DNA of 64,000 bases from Dehalococcoidia bacterium (GTDB lineage: Bacteria; Chloroflexota; Dehalococcoidia; Bin125). The DNA lies in contig CAXXRD010000001.1 in the NCBI GenBank assembly GCA_963663895.2, positions 96,001-160,000 of the forward strand. Direction: 5' to 3'. The notes under the pieces were generated by a model. That model was given only the letters and a program-made list of their open reading frames with translations, was not told where the DNA came from and ran no database searches. Below are positions 61,298 through 64,000 of the stretch, one piece after another; position 1 is the first letter of the stretch; each line of letters begins with the position of its first letter. A program made the translations under genes and the position numbers.

Positions 61298-62256
61298 CCA
61301 GCATCTCACTGGCCACGACTGGCGCGGCCTTCTTTCTCGCGATCGCCATCGGCTACCCATTGATCCAATGGCTCAAGGCACGCCAGCTCGGAAAGGCGAT
61401 CAGCTTAGAAGGGCCGCAGACCCACCTCGTGAAGGAAGGCACCCCAACCATGGGCGGCCTCATGATCTTCGCCAGCGTCGCTATCGTCACGCTCGCGACG
61501 AACGTGGTGGGGCGTGAATCGATCCTGCTGCCATTGATCGGCATCGTCGTGCTCGGCTTGATCGGCCTCTTCGATGATCTCGGTACGATCGTCGGCCGGA
61601 TCCAGCGCGTACTGAGCTGGAGGATCAAGATCGCGCTGTTGACCACGTTCAGTCTGTCGGCGGCCTTCGTTCTCTTCTACGCACTCGACGTCGAAAACGT
61701 GAACATCCCTTGGGCCGGCAGCTATGCGTTGGGCCCCGCCTACATCGCCATCGCGGCCCTCACCATTCTCGCCACAACGACATCAGTCGCCATCAGTGAC
61801 GGCTTGGACTCGCTGACTGGGGGCACTCTGGCTATCGCGTTCGCCGCGTTCGGCGTGATCGCAGTCGCGCAGGAGCAGGATTTCCTCGTGCGCTTCTGCT
61901 TCACGACCCTTGGCGCGCTGGCCGGGTTCCTTTGGTACAACGCCCACCCCGCAAAAATCTTCATGGGCGACACCGGCGCGCTCGCCCTCGGCGGCGCGCT
62001 CGCCCTCGTCGCGCTTATGACAGGCCATTGGCTGCTCCTGCCCGTGATCGGCATCGTCTTTGTGATCGAAGCACTGAGCGACATCATTCAAATCGGATAC
62101 TTCAAGTGGAGCGGCGGCAAGCGGGTATTCCGCATGGCTCCGATCCACAACCATTTCGAACTGCTGGGCTGGTCGGAGCCGCAGATCGTCACGCGTTTTT
62201 GGATCATTGGAATGGCCGGGGCCGTCTTAGGGATCGCCTTGGCCTTGCAGGTATGA
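61294..62256 (+). CDS. mraY: Phospho-MurNAc-pentapeptide transferase
   Basis: KEGTPTMGG, FDD, DGLDSL, IFMGDTG, MAPIHNHFE. Confidence 0.96.
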   Translation: MTSISLATTGAAFFLAIAIGYPLIQWLKARQLGKAISLEGPQTHLVKEGTPTMGGLMIFASVAIVTLATNVVGRESILLPLIGIVVLGLIGLFDDLGTIVGRIQRVLSWRIKIALLTTFSLSAAFVLFYALDVENVNIPWAGSYALGPAYIAIAALTILATTTSVAISDGLDSLTGGTLAIAFAAFGVIAVAQEQDFLVRFCFTTLGALAGFLWYNAHPAKIFMGDTGALALGGALALVALMTGHWLLLPVIGIVFVIEALSDIIQIGYFKWSGGKRVFRMAPIHNHFELLGWSEPQIVTRFWIIGMAGAVLGIALALQV

Positions 62257-62260
62257 AGAG

Positions 62261-63673
62261 ATGCGCATCGGGAACGCCGAGCGACCGTGGATTGAGCCCA
62301 CAAACTTCGCGGGTTTGCGCGTGGGGGTCCTGGGGCTCGGTATCGAAGGCCAAGACGCCGTGCGTTTCCTGAAGAGCGAAGGCGCCGCCGCGATCACCGT
62401 CTTTGAGCGGCGCTCGTTCGACGAGCTGCAGGACGAGCAAGCCACGCTCGTCGATGATCGGATCGGACTCCTGCCGGACACGCCCGAAGCGCTGGCCGCG
62501 CTGCATCTCGACGCCCTTTTCGTGAGTCAAGGCATCTTGGACAGCCATCCCCTCGTCGCGTCCGCTCACACGCAAGGCCTGCCCATTAGCGCAACGATGC
62601 GCTTGTTCCTGCGGCGCTGCCCCGTCCCGGTGATCGGCATCACGGGGAGTGCCGGGAAGACCACCACCACCACCCTGGTTCATCGGATCTTGCAGGCAGC
62701 GGGCATGACGGTCATCGCGGGCGGGAACATCGGCGCGGGCGTCTTGGAACAGCTCCCTTCGATCGATCGCGACACCGTGGTTGTTCTCGAGATCAGCCAT
62801 ACGCAGCTCCTCCGGACCGACCGCAGTCCTCACCTCGCGGCCGTGCTGAACATCGCGCCCAACCATCTCGATCAGTTCGGTTGGACGGACTATGTAGACC
62901 TCAAGCGCAAGCTCGTGCGTCATCAGACTCCGGATGACATCGTCGTACTCCCGACCGACAACGCGGCGGCGGCGGCACTGGCGCAGGACACCCCCGCCCA
63001 GCGCTACGAGTTCGGAACGGGCGGCGGCAAACGCGGCGCCTTCGTCGAAGGCGACCGGATCGTCTGGCGCGATGGTTCCCACACGCGGGAGATCGCTCCC
63101 GTCTCGGCCATCGCGCTTCGCGGCGCCCATAACGTTCAGAACGTCCTCGCCGCGGTCGCCATCGTCGGTGCCTGGGGGGCACCACTCGATACGGCAGCAT
63201 CCGTCATTGCCGCTTTCCGGGGCATCCCCCAGCGCTTGGAGGAGATCGCGACGATCGACGCCGTCCTCTACGTCAACGACTCCATTGCCACCACGCCCGA
63301 ACGCACGCTCGCCGCGCTGCGTTCCTTTGAGGCGCCGATCGTGCTGCTGCTGGGCGGCCGTGACAAGCAGCTTCCGCTCGATGCACTGGCGGCGGAAGCG
63401 CGCAGTCGCGCGCGCGCGGTGATCGGCTTCGGTGAGGCGGGAGCGTGGTTCCTCGCATCGATCGCGGCCGATACAGCCCCCCCAGTGACCCGCGCCGTCG
63501 GAACCTTGCCGGAAGCCGTGCGTGCGGCATACGAACTCGCCCAGCCGGGCGACGTCGTCTTGCTCTCGCCCGCGGGCGCATCGTTCGATGCGTACCCCAA
63601 CTTCGCAGCGCGCGGACGGCACTTCGTAGACCTCGTGCGCACGCTGGAAGTGGAACACGCGAGAAGAAGATGA
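62261..63673 (+). CDS. murD: UDP-MurNAc-L-Ala D-glutamate ligase
   Basis: GITGSAGKTTT, GGNIG, VLEIS, NDSIAT, LSPAGASFD..F..RG. Confidence 0.95.
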   Translation: MRIGNAERPWIEPTNFAGLRVGVLGLGIEGQDAVRFLKSEGAAAITVFERRSFDELQDEQATLVDDRIGLLPDTPEALAALHLDALFVSQGILDSHPLVASAHTQGLPISATMRLFLRRCPVPVIGITGSAGKTTTTTLVHRILQAAGMTVIAGGNIGAGVLEQLPSIDRDTVVVLEISHTQLLRTDRSPHLAAVLNIAPNHLDQFGWTDYVDLKRKLVRHQTPDDIVVLPTDNAAAAALAQDTPAQRYEFGTGGGKRGAFVEGDRIVWRDGSHTREIAPVSAIALRGAHNVQNVLAAVAIVGAWGAPLDTAASVIAAFRGIPQRLEEIATIDAVLYVNDSIATTPERTLAALRSFEAPIVLLLGGRDKQLPLDALAAEARSRARAVIGFGEAGAWFLASIAADTAPPVTRAVGTLPEAVRAAYELAQPGDVVLLSPAGASFDAYPNFAARGRHFVDLVRTLEVEHARRR

Positions 63674-64000
63674 CGACACAGGCGAACCTAGCGGTTCGAC
63701 AAGCCCGCTTCGCGAGCGAGGCGGGGCAGCGCGACGCCAATTCGCCCGACTGGTTGCTCATCGGCGCCGTAATCGCGCTCACCGTGATCGGTCTGGTATT
63801 CGTCTTCAGCGCGTCGGTCGCCGTGGGCCAGCAGCTGTTCGGCGACCCACGCTATTTCGCCGTTCGACAGCTCACGGGCGCCGTGGTGGGCCTGATTGCG
63901 TTCGTCGCCCTGGCCCGCCTCGACTACCGGCGGCTCCGCACGTGGAGCCCCATCATCCTGCTCATCGCGATCGTCGCCCTGGTCGCCGTCCTGATGCCCG
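63670..64000 (+). CDS. ftsW: FtsW (SEDS family), 5' part
   Basis: Manual translation MTTQ...PDWLLIGAVIALTVIGLVFVFSAS...DPRYFAVRQL; ATGA overlap with murD. Confidence 0.88.
   Translation, partial: MTTQANLAVRQARFASEAGQRDANSPDWLLIGAVIALTVIGLVFVFSASVAVGQQLFGDPRYFAVRQLTGAVVGLIAFVALARLDYRRLRTWSPIILLIAIVALVAVLMP

Noticed and set aside
62204-63679. 491-aa ORF on - strand
   Set aside because: Antisense shadow of murD.

Overview
High-GC, gene-dense bacterial chromosome segment, mostly core genome. It holds gatB, yvcK-secG, fmt, rplY, a larE/nitroreductase/hydantoinase-like operon, a pccB-aconitase-mdh-fumC cluster converging on a non-classical (type E, CCG-anchor) succinate dehydrogenase, tig-clpP-clpX, tlyA-nadK-argA-NUDIX, an oppABC-type peptide transporter, aspS, hemW, selB, yajC-secD-secF, priA-def, trmD-rplS and the start of the dcw cluster (mraZ to ftsW). 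Gene style and content (F420-type PPOX proteins, LLM monooxygenase, dcw order without murE) suggest a peptidoglycan-making Chloroflexota, possibly Dehalococcoidia; this is inference, not a database result. I could not support any tRNA, rRNA, CRISPR array or mobile element. The most unusual signal is a LysM-like domain inserted into the extracytoplasmic loop of two unrelated membrane transport proteins (SecD and the OppC-type permease), alongside a SecF with a tandemly duplicated extracytoplasmic domain. This hints at lineage-specific tethering of export/import machines to the cell wall. Other points of note are a three-domain single-chain Rid protein, a degenerate P-loop-like protein wedged between hydantoinase A and B, three long intergenic hairpins (ncRNA candidates) and several apparently leaderless genes. 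At least seven single-base frameshifts, several in homopolymers and one in the essential murF, point to assembly errors.
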